64,000 bases of DNA, taken from Paramecium tetraurelia. Lineage: Eukaryota. Within the stretch, counting starts at the first letter, position 1; each line of letters begins with the position of its first letter. Positions 13,021 to 28,674 of the stretch are shown piece by piece. Made by a program: the position numbers and the translations under genes. The notes under the pieces were generated by a model. That model worked only from the letters and a program-made list of their open reading frames with translations, was not told where the DNA came from and made no database searches. The stretch is taken from contig CT868341.1 of assembly GCA_000165425.1 (NCBI GenBank), forward strand, positions 310,001 to 374,000, given 5' to 3'.

Positions 13021-13667
13021 TATTTGATGATGATTACAATTATTTATAATAGAAATTTTATACATTCGAATAAAGATAGGAAATCATGAAATTGTATTCA
13101 AATCTAGTCAAAAAGAATCAAACATTTGTAAATGAGTTGAGAGAATGTGAAGAAGTGTTGCAACGATATGATTCTTTATGAGTAGTGTTTTTTATTGTTT
13201 AGATTAAATTCTATTAATATTCTTTATTTCATAGACTTTTACTGATTTGACAGAAATTCAAGTTTATTCTTTAAAGAGCTTTGAATATTATTTTAATTCC
13301 AGGACATCGTATTAATTTATTTGATTAATATATGATTATTAATTATTAAAATTGATTATTTATTTTATTGAAATTTTAATTATGATTTTAGAATATATTT
13401 ATATTATATTTAATCTATCCCTCTGCATTATATTCTTCTACATTTCCTGTAAGATTTTTTCAAATCTTATTGTTTGTCTAGACCTTATTTAAATCGAATA
13501 TGACTTTTCATCAATGTTTTGGTCTCTAAACACTTGAAATAGGGCGCTTATTGTTCTATTAAGTCGATTTGGAAATGAATGTAAAAATAGAAATATTTGC
13601 ATTTAATTGATGCAATAGTTATTCAATAATAATATTTTATAATCAAATGGATTCAATCAAATTTTTT

Positions 13668-14519
13668 TCATAAGTTTTTAATGTGTGAAAAATTATTTGG
13701 GCTTTTTATTCCTTTATATATCTATGATCTATATCTCATGTGCCAGTTATGCTACACAATCTTGGAGTTAAAAATATAGTTTATAGCATACTTCTTGATA
13801 AATATCCGACTATTTTATATACTATTGAATTTACCTTATTATTCTGAAAGCCTTTCTAAACTCCTCCTCTTCAGGGTCATCAGAATGTTGTAAAAGGCTG
13901 CTGAAAATCCTTATGTTTAACAGTTATTTTTTGTAGACAGTAATCTTTTCCAAGAATTTTATCACTTTCAACTAGTCTTTGAGAATTTGAAGACAAAGAT
14001 TTTGATTCTTACAAGCAAAAGTTATGATGCTCTTGCAATAATTCTTCGGAATGTTCTTTGTATCCTTCTAGTCTTGTAAGACATTCACTTCCCGCTTCTT
14101 GTGTATCGGAAGTCTGATTGTTGGAGTAGGTGAGCTGACCTGAGGAGGACAACAGTATTGAACAGGCTAAAAAGGGGGATAGAACGGGGGTATCTCATTC
14201 TACATTCTTATTTCTACTTTGTTGGACCCCAAATGAACCTTAGATAAATCGACTTTTTTACCATGAATTCATTCATAGAGAGTGGTAACACAAAAGGGTA
14301 TTTTGGTTAATTATGTATTTTGTTTTAAGCTTATTATAACTTGCTTAGGGCACTTGCAAATTTTTGGATAACAGACCACTGTTTTTAAATTGAAATCAAA
14401 TTTTCGTTTGTCTAAACTAATAGAAGATACTTATAATTAGTACAGAAAGGAAGTGGTCTTGGAATGTTGACCGGTGCTTGGTTTGTTTGTTCCTCTTATT
14501 TAATACCATATAGTCTCAT
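13668..14519 (-). CDS. Ciliate-type hypothetical protein with C-terminal KNIPKNY...FNSKI...H domain
   Basis: Introns 14239-14261 and 13810-13834 give 268 codons. The C-terminal domain is homologous to that of 55518-56166. Confidence 0.8.
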
Positions 14520-16301
14520 TTCGATATATAAAAAAACAAATCTTATTATTATGTGAACTAATGCAAATAAATAAACAATTAATTGATCAATCTAATGATC
14601 CCTATTGAACACTTGGAATTTGTATATTTTTTAGATTTACTTCTAATTAGTATCAATTCAAGATTGCTTTTGTCAATTTCCTTGACTCTCTCAACTTTTA
14701 AATAGACATTGAGTCAATTTTTATACACAATATATTATAAAATGGCTATGTTGAAATAATATGGAATTTAATTTCTGATATCATGATACATAGAAATATT
14801 TAAAATTGACATTAGGGCTTTTTTCATGATGTACAATTTCTTCTAAAACTGAATCAAAAGTGCATTGTTTAACTGTAAATCAAGTGGGGAAGTCGATTTG
14901 GCCTATCTCACATCTAGACTTTCTACCACTATATTAAAGTTGATTTTGCCAATATAAAATTTAAAAAAATAGATCCATATTTAATTATTGAATAATATTA
15001 AAATTTATATAATTTGTTATATAAATTTTATACTAGTTTTAACTCAATAAACGAATTATTTTATTTAAATCTATTCAAAATCTATCACAATTATTTAATA
15101 GATATATACCTACTTGTTTAGCAGCGTTGGATCATTTTCAATAAACTAAGCCTGATATAATAAACACTAACATGCTTTTATTTTGAATAACAATGATTGA
15201 GATTGTTTTTTTTGATGTTTTTTGGAATTTGTTGATTTCAAAATTTCTATTAAAGGAACTTTTCGAGTCAATCTAAAACACAAAAATTTATTGTTATATT
15301 AACTCTGTATTTTATATTAATAACTTCTTTTGCCATAATTTAGAAATGATAATTGTTTATTGGAAATGATCAAATTTTTTCATCCTTTCTAACTATATTA
15401 GTCCCAATAGATCTTGTCATAACAAAAACCTTATCTAACGGTTGAATAATGAATCAGAAGAGGTATTTACTTTTACAAATAAAACTATCTTAAAAGCCTA
15501 AGAGTAACATTGATATTTCCACTGAAAATAATATAAATAGTAATTCCTAAAAAATGTTTGCCTTCAAAAGTTATAAATTATGAGATTTAATTATTTCCTT
15601 ATGATTGTAATATTTACCCATTGAATACGCTATAATTGATAATTAACCTACTGTTGTTTCTATATGGGCTTGAAATGATTGAATTATTAATAATCAGATT
15701 TAAGTAAGAAATTCTTCCTAAAACGTAAAGTAATACATTATCAAACTGGTTTTATGTTTGATTTTGGAGAGAAAAAGCTTGAAAGGAATCAAGCATGAGT
15801 AAAATATCTATTTGATATTGTGTTCTAATCTAAAATTTTTAATCTAATGTTAATTCCAATAATTAAAAAATTAATTAGAGAAAACAGATTACATGTAATT
15901 AATAAAGTTAGGAATGAAATTTATTAAATAAATGGAAGAGTAAAAATGTTGTTCTATTGATAAAGTAACAGACACATATAATTTTATTGGAGGTTGCTGT
16001 TTCACCATATTTTTTATAGGGATTAATAATAATTAAATGAAAATAATTTATATAATAATTTAAGAAAGTGAAAATGTGAAGATTGTCTATTAACGATCTA
16101 AAGATTGAGTTAGCGATAACTTTTTTTAAATTGTTAAGAGAAGAAGCCAATTTGAATAGATTAACTGAATTTGGATTGGTTAAGTGCTCATCTGTTGGAT
16201 AATAAATTAAGCAGTACTAGTGAGAAGAATTGGATTATGAAATCATGTTAGATTAAAAAAGCTTGAATAAAGTGCATATATAATATTTTAATTAAATAAT
16301 A

Positions 16302-16996
16302 ATGAACATCTACCCTATCCGATATACACCATATTTGAATAATTCGAGAAGAAGACAAAGAGTGATTGACCCTAATAGAGCGAAGAGTTCTCAAGGAATG
16401 AGATTGAATTCTTCTAGTCAATAGAGATGTTCCACATAACAAAGTCCTAACAGAACACCTAGTTAAGGCGAATTGCAGCAATTAGAAGTATGATGAGATT
16501 TGTTTTGAATGATAGTTTTAACAACAGGCTGGGCCAATTGCACAGGTATTATTTAAATGAGTGTGTCTAGAATTACTAATAATTGTTTCTGTCAACTTAG
16601 ATCAAGAGAAGTCCTTCGTTTCGATTGAAGAATTATCATGCGGCTGAAATAACATCGAGTGCACAATCAACTTCTTAATAAAAGAGATAAAATGCAGTTG
16701 TAAGTGGAAAGTAAGGAATTGTATTAGATATTAGCAAAAGCAAGGAGGATAGAATAAATAGAATAAATTTCTTAGGTGACTTATTACAATAAATGGAGTA
16801 AAATGGATAATAAACAAAGCAATCCTTGTCAACAGAAATGACCACAGTTCCTAAACCGAAATTTGAAATTCTGAATACAAGAACATTAACTGAATATGAA
16901 TAAAACATAGAAGAATTGCATTTCTACCTTGTAGACTCCTAATAAAGAACAAAGCAATATGCCTAAGTCATTGAAAAGCAAAAAATAAATAATTGA
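16302..16996 (+). CDS. Hypothetical low-complexity protein (213 aa) with C-terminal IEELHFYLV motif
   Basis: Introns 16488-16515 and 16546-16570 flank a 30-nt exon; the spliced frame is open. Confidence 0.75.
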
Positions 16997-17037
16997 AAAA
17001 ATAATTGAATAACTAAATATATTATGTATGCTGTAAA

Positions 17038-17843
<806 letters not shown>

Positions 17844-18025
17844 ACTTTATATATTTATATTTATTTATATTATTTTTAATCATTTTATCTGTGTATGTCT
17901 TATAGGTTTACTGGTTTGGGGGTGGCATTTTATCATCCAATAAATCTACAATTTATATCATTTAAGTACTATAAACCTAAAATACAAATTTGATTGCCTC
18001 ATAAATAAAATTTATTTGCATTCGA

Positions 18026-19228
18026 ATGAGTGATTTCCAAACTAGATAATATGTAACATAATCTTCCCAAAGACAATATACATCAGGCGCCAAGGATAAT
18101 GTCAGAAGCATCACTCAGGATAGAGTGGAATAAGTAATCACTAGAGAAACTCCTAAGGTTTAGGTAAGATTATCTGTTAAATTAAGACGACCACTGTGGA
18201 AGTGGAATAAAGAAGTGCAACCAAAATCCCCAGAATGTAATCTTAACAATTTTTAAGAACTTAAACACAAGGATTTGTGGGAGGATAAAGTTATATTTCA
18301 AATATGGCTGCAATTCCTTAAGTTGGATATTAAGGCAATTATTCTGTCCAATAGAATTGTGTTGCTTCTTAAGCACTTTGCATGAATGTTATTGTAGTTT
18401 CAAAGGAGGAAATTGAAGCTCCTTGGAGACTGGAGTGTGAATACCTCTAATCTTTAATTGCTGAATTGGAAAAAAGAAAGGAAGTCCAAGTGGTTGAAAA
18501 AGAAAAGATTGTAGTGGATAACTCCAAAGTAGATTTCTTAGAGGCTCAATTAAGACAATTAAGGTCAGAAAATGATTCACTTCAAATGCAATTATAATCC
18601 ATGAGAGGGGAAATTTAATTAAGAGGTTCTTAAGCAGATGACTTAGCTGCTAAAGAAAGAGAGTTTTTCAATCTAAGACTTAAGTTTGAAAGCTAAATTT
18701 AAGACTTAGAAGGTTAAATCAGAAGATTGTAGGAGGAAAATGGTAGATTGAGAAAAGAAAACAATGAATTGCTTCTCAAATTACGAGATTATGAAGTATT
18801 TACATACTCTATCAATAAAGACTAAAATCGCTATGTTATCCTCAGAAATAGAAAGACTTGCTTATTCTATTAAAATCAAAGATGGAGACCTTGAGGATTG
18901 GAGACTTAGATATGAATAATTGGAATCCTAAGGCCAAACTGTTATCCAAGAAAAAGTGACATATTTATCCTCCGAAGTAGAAGTTTGGAAATAGAAATTC
19001 ATCAAAGTCAATCATGATTATAATGAATGCTAAGAACAATTAACTATGTGTCAAGCTGAATTAGAGGCTCTTAGGAAAGGATAAAAGAAGGTAAATATTT
19101 TAATATTAACTCAATAGGAAGTTGTTGTATCAACATCAAAGGTAGTAACTAGGACAGGTGGAACTACAACGACATCTTCTATGGGATAAACTAGAGGAAG
19201 TAGAACTTATGAGTAATTTTAACCATGA
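18026..19228 (+). CDS. Coiled-coil cortical-cytoskeleton-like protein (tetrin/EpiC-type repeats)
   Basis: Three introns, 376 codons. IAMLSSEIERL, DLEDWRLRY, LSSEVEVWKQKF. Confidence 0.75.
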
Positions 19229-20390
19229 AATAAAGTGCACATTAAAATAATATTAGGAATATAATATTTAATTAATTTTCAAAAGAGTATCAAAAGCCAT
19301 CATCTAATCTAAGCGAGTAAATAAGAAGAATATCTGTTCTTATGTTCTTAAATAAATTTATTTAATTAATGTTACTTCTTCTTAATTTTTATATTTATTT
19401 TAATTTAATTAAATACTTGTATTCGAAACTATTGAATTACTAAAAGTATATCAATCAACCACAAACACCTTAATAATTAAATTTTAATTATAGAAACAAC
19501 TCTAATTAATAATGACTTTGCATAATAATCAAAATTAAAGGAGAGAGTCTCATATTAATATTAATTAGCTGAATAAATTGGAGGGCAAATGAGTATAAAA
19601 ATATTCAGTTTACAATTTTAAAAAAAGACCAAAAGGATATTTCCTATTTAGCAATTGAATGAAGCCATTTCTATAAATAGTATGCTATTAATGTAAATGA
19701 TAGATCAATTAATTTTAGGTACATGTTTTTAATCCTAATTATTCTTACTTAATCTTTAAACAATAAGGGTTATCTACTGATTTTAGGTTAGTTTTAGTCA
19801 CAGTATATCAGTTTTAATTAAAATACAGTAATAAAAAATATAAATAAACTTATTTTTTAATTTAAATAAAAATATTTTATTCAAACTTATGATTATTATT
19901 GAAGAAGTTATATATAAAAAAAGTTCTTATTTTTTGGTTGAAATCGATTAGTATTCTAATAAATAAGAAATATCATGGCAATTGATGTGCGATATTATTT
20001 GAAAATGAATTTGAATAATGTTATGTTGTTAAGTTTAAAAATGCTTTATGCTTCTTTTTAACTATTCCCATCTAATCTAATAGAAATCCAAAGCAAATGT
20101 ACATTTAAGGGATTCTATTCTAAATTGAATTGAAAACAAATATGAGAGAAGCACAAATTGAGAAATTTAATATCAAGGGCACTTTTATATTAACAAACAC
20201 ATAAAAGACGAATATCTAACTACCAGAAATTAGAAACGCATATATTTTATGAACTAGGCTCGAAAAAATGGAAGCAATGTGAGAATTTATTTTAAAAAAT
20301 CGTTATCATAAATCATTAATAAATAAGATACGATTTTGTGCTTTATAAGCTAATGAAATTTGATTTCCATTAACAATATTTAAATAAAAA

Positions 20391-21332
20391 ATGAGAATCT
20401 TTATAATAGTTGGCTTAATAGCTTTGAGCAATTGTGTCTCGTTTAGTTTAACCTAAAGATGTGCTTGCAGTGAATATGGATAAACTTTATGCGATCTTTA
20501 TCCTTATTGCGCTTGGAGTGGATCTGCCTGTATTGACATGGATTGCACATACTTAAAATCAGCTGATACATGCACAGGAGCAAAGTCAGCATATCAATGT
20601 TAATGGAATACTTCATCAAGTAAATGTGAAACTCACACATACGCTTGTTCTGAAGTATCAAAGGATGACTGTGAAGAAAAGATGTTTGGATTTGATTGCA
20701 TGTGGGTAAATGACAAATGCTAAGATTTCTCTTGCGCATCTGCTACTGGTGATGCATGCAGTCCATTCAATTGTGCTATGACAGATTCATCTGAAACTTG
20801 TGGCGAACCTAAAAGTCTTGATTGTTCATCATTTACAACCAAAGCTACTTGTGATTAGACAGATGGAAATGGTAATATGTGCCATATGAACAACGATTCT
20901 GTTTGCACATAATATGATATTTTCTCTCAAAATTGTGGTGACTATTCAAGCACAAAGGACTTTTGTGAAACTATGTGTACATATGTGGACAGTTCAAAAA
21001 CATGTTAAGCAAAAAGTTGTGCAGATTTTACTACTTAGGACGATTGTATTGTGTAATTAGATTTACCAGGATTGAAAGTTACTCCATGCACTTGGAGTGG
21101 TACAGCTTGTCAAGAATCTACAGCTGCAGATGTCGAAAAATTGGATATGCTTTCATGTATGGTTGTAACAATGTTAAATTATAAATGGTCATTGGATAAT
21201 AGCAAATGTACTGCATGCACATAATTTACAACCAATCCATAATTTTAATATTTATAGGACTATTTAAACGGTGAAAGCTATGGTGTTCAAATCGGAGCAA
21301 TAATTGTTGGATTAAGCTTAATTTTCAATTGA
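20391..21332 (+). CDS. Cys-rich surface protein (mini-antigen-like) with signal peptide and GPI-like C-terminus
   Basis: Intronless, 313 aa. Periodic Cys with CxW motifs; hydrophobic N- and C-termini. Confidence 0.85.
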
Positions 21333-21720
21333 GATATATTAATTCACAATTATCATTCATTTTTGTAAAATCAATTTTCCTTTCAATTTCAGATCATCCT
21401 CTAACACCTTTTTTAAATTCGAACTAGCTTAAAGAGGAGAAGATCATATATAACATAACAAAAAAAATTATAAATTTTTATACATTTTATAAATAACAGT
21501 TTCACTTTTATTTATTTAATTAAAATGCTTTAATTTTAAATTTAAAACTCATATCACGGTTCCATTGTTGTATTATTCTTTAATCAAATAACTTATGCTT
21601 AAATATCCTTTTGAATGTTATGCAAAATGATATGCGTTAGCTGGATTTTGAAATAATTCTAATATAATTTCATGCAATATAATAAATAACAATTTATATA
21701 TTAAATTTATAATATAATTA

Positions 21721-22365
21721 ATGCAGCAGCATTAACATGGTCCAAATTGTGGATGTGCGGAATATATGTTTAATGAAGATGCAGATGATTTGTATGGTCA
21801 AATAGAAATTGATAAAGTTGATTGTTTGAATGAGACTGCACAAAATATCAAATTGATCATTAGACCAGAAGTAGATAAAACAAAAAAGGCAATTTTGAAT
21901 ATCATATTTAGAATCATTTTGTGTAATCTGATTTAGATTCAGAAATTATTGTTATCATTCCTTTCAACGAGACTGTGAGAATCAGATAGATTAATGTGGT
22001 GAGTTTAAACGAAGAGTCAGCACCCAACCTAATGAAGGCCTATATCAACATTTCAAATGTGGATTTTGGACTCATAGAAACACCTTGTGTGGAAGTATAA
22101 TCTGCTTTTTAAATAGCAATTTGTATTAAGTCCAAACTTAGATGGCTAATTTGGAAATGCAGTCAAAGTGTCGAAATTTGAAAATGTTAATAATCTTATA
22201 TTGTACATTAAATCCACAGTCAACGATCCCATCCGAATATCCTATATTGGATTGAAAGGAATAAGGACATTTTAATCAAAATAACTTGCAAATACCATTT
22301 ATGAATTAAATCCATTGGCAAAGCAAGTTGACCCTGATAAAGTTGTATTTGATAGTTTGTGTTGA
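21721..22365 (+). CDS. PITH-domain protein (PITHD1-like)
   Basis: LYGQIEIDKVDCLNE, SDLDSEIIVIIPF, IRISYIGLKG. Introns 21889-21911 (GC-AG) and about 22095-22116. Confidence 0.88.
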
Positions 22366-22426
22366 TTTTTAATATTTTGATATATTATTTATAATTATAT
22401 CGTTTTCTGTTCTACAGTATTATTTA

Positions 22427-23484
22427 ATGGAAGAGCTAAGAAAATCGATTATCAAATAAGAAGAAGAGAAGATGAATAATAAATTAACATTATTGGAATA
22501 ATCAGTTGGATTTCCATTAAATGAATATATGAACCAAGACTTCGTTAACAAAATCCCAGAAGATAGTTTTTTATGGTACATTTTCTGATATTAGACCTTA
22601 AAGGCAAGTTCTCTCCAATAAGTATTTAGTTATGAAAGGAGTAAAACCATCAAAACAAGATATTAGAGAACATCGATTATATGAAGAAATAACATTTCAC
22701 GATTTTGTAAATGAGTGCTTACAGGCTATCATGTTCTTCCATTTGATCATAATGGATTTTAAACTCAATTTACGAATCATTACAGACTCTATTCAAACCT
22801 TATAATAGTAAATTCAACTTCTAAAAGAATATTAATAAATCAAGTTCGATTAACCAAATAGACTTTCAATAAGTTACACAAGGCATAAAAGTCTGAAAAC
22901 TGAGATATTTAGATACTATAAAATCAAGTACAAAGTGGCTATGAACGATTAAGAATAAAAATCTATTTATTCTTATGGCGATGATTTGACATGTTTCTTT
23001 CCAATATTACCGAATAGTACTACTTTACATTTTACTATTTTGGGCAAAAAGATAGATGGAGGAGAGAAATTTGAAATTCTGAGCAAAATAGACATGGGAT
23101 TAGATGAAGTTCTTGTATCATTTGATTTAAAGACTTACGCAAAGGAATAAATCAAACCTTGCATCTTGACCTTAGACTATAGAGATGAATCTCAAGATGC
23201 TCTCTATGAGGGTCCGAATCCTATCGAATTAAGGTAATTCATGCCTATAATTAAGATTTTAGTTACAAATGCCTTGCGAATAACGAATCTAACTGATGGA
23301 AGGATTATTAGATAGACAAAAGAAAGTAGAAGATTAATATAGAGAATAAATGCAATTGAAAAACAACTCCATACAATAAATCATAGAACCATTTGATGAT
23401 ATTGTTTATATTTAAGGAGAAGATCTAAAGCATAGGAATCAAACTGAAGACAGGGAATTTTGTTCAGCATGCTTAATATTTTGA
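22427..23484 (+). CDS. Hypothetical protein ending in a CaaX-like motif (CLIF)
   Basis: Two short introns give an open frame ending FCSACLIF-TGA. Confidence 0.7.
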
Positions 23485-23542
23485 TTATTTTAAGGATGAA
23501 TTTCTATTGTCACGTTAGGAACAATTAATTATAGTAATAAAT

Positions 23543-25393
<1,851 letters not shown>

Positions 25394-26576
25394 TTATTTT
25401 TAATTTATTAATAAATTTGTTATTTTAAAATATATCATAGCAATTCTTTTGGAGGTGCTTACATATTTTTATGGAACCCTATCAGAAATCCAAAATAGAA
25501 TAATTCTAGCCATTTTTAAATAAATTAAGGATGATGATTTGGAATATATTAAATCAATAAGATTATTGTTGATAGAAAAAATATTACATTAATATTTAAT
25601 AGATTATCTATTGCATAATATATGTATGCTTTGACTATTTAATGAGAAAGATAGTACTTACGTAATTATCAATTTCTGATTCAATTTTAATTTCATCAAT
25701 ATGATCATTCCTTAAATTTGTTTGATCAATTCAATATAATTCCATTTTCACATTCTTATAATAACTTGAAATAAAATCTGAAATCTCCAATTCTCATATC
25801 TTCTTGCTAATTTTAAATAAATATCTATTAAATGGTAAAAAAGTTAAATTCCAATTAATTTTATACATACTTAAAACATTAAAGAAAGGGCATATAGTGT
25901 TAATGTGTCAAATTACTTAGTTTTTATAACAATAAATTACAATTGTAAATATCAATAGAAATCCATCAAATTGATTAAAAATATTTAATGTTAAATAAGT
26001 AATTTACTTACTCAATCGAATTGAGAATATTAGATTAATTATGTTTATCTTAGAATAACTTATTTTTAGCTACACTTAATGTTAATTATGAAAGAAATGG
26101 TAGGTCAAAAATGATTTGATATTAACACCTATCTTTATGATATTTTCATCTTAAGCAGGTAATTTACACTACTTAATTACGATGAATTTGACAATAAGGT
26201 TTTTGTATGAGTGATAATAAATCATTCATTAACTTATACATTAATAATTTTAAATCTATGGTAAGATTTATAACAATACAACTTTGATCAGCATATTGTA
26301 TATTTGCAATAGCAGAAATGAAATTAAATAAGATGTATCAATTTTGGTCTTATTTAATTTCATTAAATTTAAGAATCATATAATCAACCATTTTATTAAT
26401 TTTTACTTAAAAATGGAGATGATAGACAGCCCAGAATTGTGTTATATGGGTTGAATATCTAGGTAGCATTTTTTAAATTACATGAAAAATAATGAGTTCA
26501 GTCAAAAAGACCTTTTGAGCAATAGAGAAATAATAAAATATATTATATTTAAGAAATTCGTTTTTATTTTAATTAT

Positions 26577-28513
26577 ATGAAAACAATTATCATAATAACA
26601 CTTATTTTCGTTTGCCTTTCTTAAAATGCAAATGTAACAAGAGAGTTAGAAATAGGAGTTATTTAATTTGAGGAAGCCAAAGGATCGTAAATTTATAATC
26701 AAGTATTTTCCTATTAAATCCTAGCTAGTCCGATTTGATACTCCATTCGCAAAACCTCCTTAGGTGGCTTTGGCCTTGGTAGAACATACTTCTACAACAG
26801 CTCTATTTGCAAAAGTGAAAAATATAACCCAGCATGATTTCATCATCCAATTTTTTAGTGCTGTCACTTTGAATGCAACTTACAGATATTTAGCAACTAC
26901 AGACGAAGATGTTTATATCAACTGTTCAAATTACAGAGCTACCCAGCAAGCTATATTCAGATACCCTTAATTCTAGTCAAATGTAGAAGCCATGGCTTTT
27001 CTTGTTGGTTATCATCATAATGGATTTGTTAATATTTCTATAGATTAGAGTAACAATCTAGCAAAGTTATAAATTAATACAAATGATGTATAATAAACAG
27101 CCATAGGGATGTGTTTGATTGTTGGAAGCAATCTTAAATTTGATGATGAGGCAGATACTCCAAAATTTAGTGGAAGAGTAAGCAGTCAAGGATAGACAAG
27201 ATCATTGTCATTCATAGCAAGTATTTTAAAAATATTATTTATTGAGGTTTAATAAAGTAGTGAACAAACAAAAGAGAAAAATAGGGAAACGTTAACTGAT
27301 TTGGTAAAATTTGTAATTAATTAAAGAAAACATTTCTTGATAAAGAGACGCAAGTGCAAGTACCATCATAGAGTAGCGAATAATTTATTGAAGTTCCAGA
27401 AGCAGAATAAATAAATGATCATAATTTGAATTAATTAGATGCATAAGAAGTGTCAGAATCTTAAGATGAAGATGAAATCTAAGAGTTAGAATAAGAAATA
27501 AAAGATGATATAATTGAGGAAGAGAGTTCTGATTATGATGATAATAGTGAAGAGGATGATGAATACTTTTGGAGCTCAAAAGATAAGTAATAATAATAAT
27601 CTAGTGTTGATTTTGAATTATAATTAACTTTGCTTCAAGATGCTTTAAAAAAGAAACCTTAGATTTAATAATAAACAATTAAAGAACTAATTAAAAAAGC
27701 TCCTAGTAATTAAAAAGAATAGAAATAAAAGTAGATTATAAAAAAATAAAAAGAAACAACTTAGAATCAAAGTAACAACTAACCGATTGAATAAACAAAT
27801 TATACGAAGGAAACTCTTAACACTTAAATATTGAATAATGAAGAAATTGATATGCAATTGTAATAAAAAGAATCTCATGTGAGATCATTAAAAAAAGCAT
27901 TAAAATTAGTGGATACAGTTAAAGAAAAGGAATTGGAAATTATATTTCCCTAAATTGAAAACCAAAAGGAGTCATCATAGGGACAATAATTGAATGATGT
28001 TAAGGCTGATAACAAAATTTAGGAGAATCCACAAGAGTCAAAGGCAATTGGATATAAAAGTCCATTAATAGATGATATTCCAAAAGTAGAAGAAATTATT
28101 CAGGTGAAATAAAAGGAAAAGAAGTTTACATAGAAGCTTGATGGTTATATGTAGAGTTTTTCATAAGATACTTATACTTAAAAGGTTCAAAAAAAAAGGG
28201 AAGTAGATTAAATTAAATAGATTGAATCTATAGAGAAAGAAACAATTTAGTAAGAATAGGCACAATTAATTCAACTTAAGGGTCAGTCTCATTCAGCTAA
28301 AGTTGTTTATGAAGCATCTGAAGATTCTCTAAGAAAATTTGAAGAAGATTTTGAAAGAAGGAAATGTATAATTTTATATTTAAGATAGAGGAAAAAATGA
28401 AGGAAATTAAATAACAATTAATTCCAGAGAATAAGCCAACTAAAGTTAAATTTTTATCATTAGCTTAAGAGGACGAATAGCTGAAATCATATAAAGATTT
28501 CTTTTACAATTGA
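26577..28513 (+). CDS. Secreted H-type-lectin-like protein with a long acidic low-complexity tail (622 aa)
   Basis: Signal peptide; VRFDTPFAKPPQVALAL...VKNITQHDFIIQF. Introns 26703-26724, 27304-27326 and 28366-28388 give 623 codons. Confidence 0.7.
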
Positions 28514-28674
28514 ATATTATTAATCAAACCTAATATAACAATTTTCTTCAACTTGTTTCCTTCTCATACTTAGAATTATTTTTGTATTTTGTGAATATCG
28601 AAGAATTTTAAGAACCCCATTAGAATTTCAAATAATATTTGGAATATTGAAGGTGGCAAAATTATTAATTTAAA

